A stretch of 18,831 bases of DNA from Candidatus Thorarchaeota archaeon (GTDB taxonomy: Archaea; Asgardarchaeota; Thorarchaeia; Thorarchaeales; Thorarchaeaceae). Made by a program: the position numbers and the translations under genes. Positions within the stretch are counted from its first letter, which is position 1. Each line of letters starts with the position of its first letter. The notes below the pieces were generated by a model. That model was not told the origin of the DNA. It worked only from the letters and a program-made list of their open reading frames with translations, and did not search any database. Below, one piece after another: positions 17,215 through 18,831 of the stretch. The stretch spans positions 1 through 18,831 of the forward strand of contig JBHLQM010000046.1 of NCBI GenBank assembly GCA_048884785.1, given 5' to 3'.

Positions 17215-17297
17215 TATCCATAGAGATATATCGAGATTGATTTATAATTACATCATGATAATATAAATCTATCGTATTCGATATATCCAAGTAGATT
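17215..17297 (-). promoter_or_regulatory. Operators 8 and 9 flanking the TATA box (TTTATAT, - strand 17267-17261) of YHS-3
   Basis: TATC-CATAGA-GATATATC-GAGATT-GATT (17215-17242) and TATC-GTATTC-GATATATC-CAAGTA-GATT (17270-17297). The cores are 55 bp apart. Confidence 0.85.
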
Positions 17298-17495
17298 TAT
17301 CAATGGGATTCACACTAATGCTCATGGGAGCACTGATCGGTGCGCTTTCCGAGTGCCTTGATGATTTTGCTCCCACATGACAGCTGCCAGATTCTATATT
17401 TGTTGGGCGAAAGACTGAGTAGCCACTCCCAGAAGGGATTTTAGCACCTTTGGACCTTCAATAGTAGTTCTATTCTTCGTGGAGTTGTGCTCTAA

Positions 17496-18764
17496 GTGTC
17501 AGAAGAAGTGCAGGTCTATGGCTATCGATGGGCAGTATTATTGGTATTTGGCCTAACCTTTATGATTGGGCAGATGATGTGGCTAGCTTTCTCGCTGATT
17601 CGAAACGAGGTTACACCAGTTCTTGGGCTTGCACCAGGAGACCCTGGGGTTGTCCTGTTGACGGCATCACAGCCATTGGCATTCATTCTTCTGTCAATAC
17701 CAGTTGGCATTTTAGCGGATAGGAAAGGGCTCGTATTTGTAGCAGGGCTAGGAGCTATTCTGCAGGCCTTGTTCGGGTCTCTGCGAATTGTCTTCATCAA
17801 CGACTTTCTTCTGATCTTTGTCTGCCAATTCGGTCTATCAATCGGTTCTGTTCTTGTCCAGAATTGCATTGTCTACTTGAGCGTGAATTGGTTTCCCAGG
17901 AATGAGCGTGCACTAGCTACCGGTGTTAGCACATTGTTCATGCTCTTAGGAATGCTATTGGGAACCGTATTGAGCATGCTTCTATGGACTGTGCCTCTCT
18001 ATGGCGAGCCCGGCTTTACGGTTGCATTGGCGGAAGGTAATGTTCTATCAGTTCTATATCTTGATGCAATCGTCGCGATTATACTCACAGTTCTCTTCTT
18101 TGCTGTTGCTAGAAATAAGCCTCCAAAGCCACCGGACGTCGAATTGATATCATCCACCAATCCAAGTATAAGGGGAATGCTCAAGGACAGAAGTGTTTGG
18201 GTCATATCTATTGGATTCTTCGCGGGCTTTGGCATCTTTATCGGACTTACAGCAATACTGGAGGAACTCCTCTTGAGCCTTGGACTACCAGTCGCGGCAG
18301 GTCTCGGAAGTCCAGCTATCGTGATGATTCTTCTTCTGGTTGCTGGTATAATTGGTGCAGTTCTAGTTCCTGCTGCATCCGAGAAAGTCCAGAAACGAAA
18401 ACCATTCATCATCATATGTTTGGCAATAGCATCAGTGGCAGTTCTGATTCTAGGAACATCGTCTATTCTTGAGCTGACCTTCATCATGTCAGCAATCCTG
18501 GGATTCTTCCTGATTGCGGTGATGCCACTAGGCCTTTCAATATTGGAGGAACTGGACTCTGTAGGACCAGAACTATCAGGCGCAAGCACAGGAGTGGCAT
18601 TCTGGTTCGGAAATCTTGGCGGTTTCACTGGATCATTGATTCTGGAAGTATTGAGGGTTGGAGAGTCATATCTCTACTCAATCCTGTATCTCTTCATTGG
18701 CATAGGGATTGCCACAGTCCTGATGACATTGCTTCCTGAAACGGGAGGACGGAAAGAAACCTAG
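17496..18764 (+). CDS. Major facilitator superfamily transporter (12 TM)
   Basis: YRWAVL N-terminus, motif A GILADRKG, WFPRNERALATG and a second-half repeat SEKVQKRKP. Confidence 0.92.
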   Translation: MSEEVQVYGYRWAVLLVFGLTFMIGQMMWLAFSLIRNEVTPVLGLAPGDPGVVLLTASQPLAFILLSIPVGILADRKGLVFVAGLGAILQALFGSLRIVFINDFLLIFVCQFGLSIGSVLVQNCIVYLSVNWFPRNERALATGVSTLFMLLGMLLGTVLSMLLWTVPLYGEPGFTVALAEGNVLSVLYLDAIVAIILTVLFFAVARNKPPKPPDVELISSTNPSIRGMLKDRSVWVISIGFFAGFGIFIGLTAILEELLLSLGLPVAAGLGSPAIVMILLLVAGIIGAVLVPAASEKVQKRKPFIIICLAIASVAVLILGTSSILELTFIMSAILGFFLIAVMPLGLSILEELDSVGPELSGASTGVAFWFGNLGGFTGSLILEVLRVGESYLYSILYLFIGIGIATVLMTLLPETGGRKET

Positions 18765-18831
18765 GTCTTTGAATATGTCTTACCGCCCATGTAGATAATA
18801 GTAACGCCTATGACTAGAGCTATGGCCGTAA
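18761..18831 (-). CDS. 3' end of a convergent membrane-protein gene entering from the right edge (…TAIALVIGVTIIYMGGKTYSKT*)
   Basis: Open hydrophobic frame ending at TAG 18761-18763, overlapping the MFS stop (CTAG). Confidence 0.55.
   Translation of the reverse strand, partial: TAIALVIGVTIIYMGGKTYSKT

Noticed and set aside
16491-17290. Short ORFs 16491-16754, 16751-16969, 17006-17266, 17052-17240 and 17108-17290
   Set aside because: They are antisense shadows of the YHS genes or read across AT-rich operator DNA, and show no motifs.
7081-17495. Metal locus as an integrated mobile element
   Set aside because: No integrase, transposase, tRNA or flanking direct repeats were visible. Horizontal origin remains possible but is unsupported.

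Overview
Archaeal genomic window. An Asgard (Thorarchaeia-like) source is inferred from TTTATA-type promoters, GGTG/GAGG ribosome-binding sites, UroD/corrinoid methyltransferase genes and a CxxC...HGxPxH...VYxD...RG protein type. The left part (1-7.0 kb) holds a UroD/MtaA-family methyltransferase and a divergent corrinoid protein flanked by two eroded methyltransferase stubs. It also holds an APH-family kinase, msrA and hypothetical proteins. The main signal is a ~10-kb metal-homeostasis locus (7.15-17.3 kb). It encodes a CopA P1B-1 ATPase, a PadR-TRASH fusion regulator, CopZ and three stand-alone YHS/TRASH mini-proteins, one missing from the ORF track. It also encodes a LonC-type protease, a NIF3-like protein, a ubiquitin-like MoaD/SAMP protein and an FTR1 permease. 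Every transcription unit in the locus carries the same 28-bp palindromic operator, TATC-N6-GATATATC-N6-GATA (9 copies at 6 promoters, positioned against TATA boxes). This defines a likely copper-sensing regulon linking Cu export to proteolysis, a ubiquitin-like modifier and iron/metal uptake. An MFS transporter lies at the right end, and partial genes lie at both edges.
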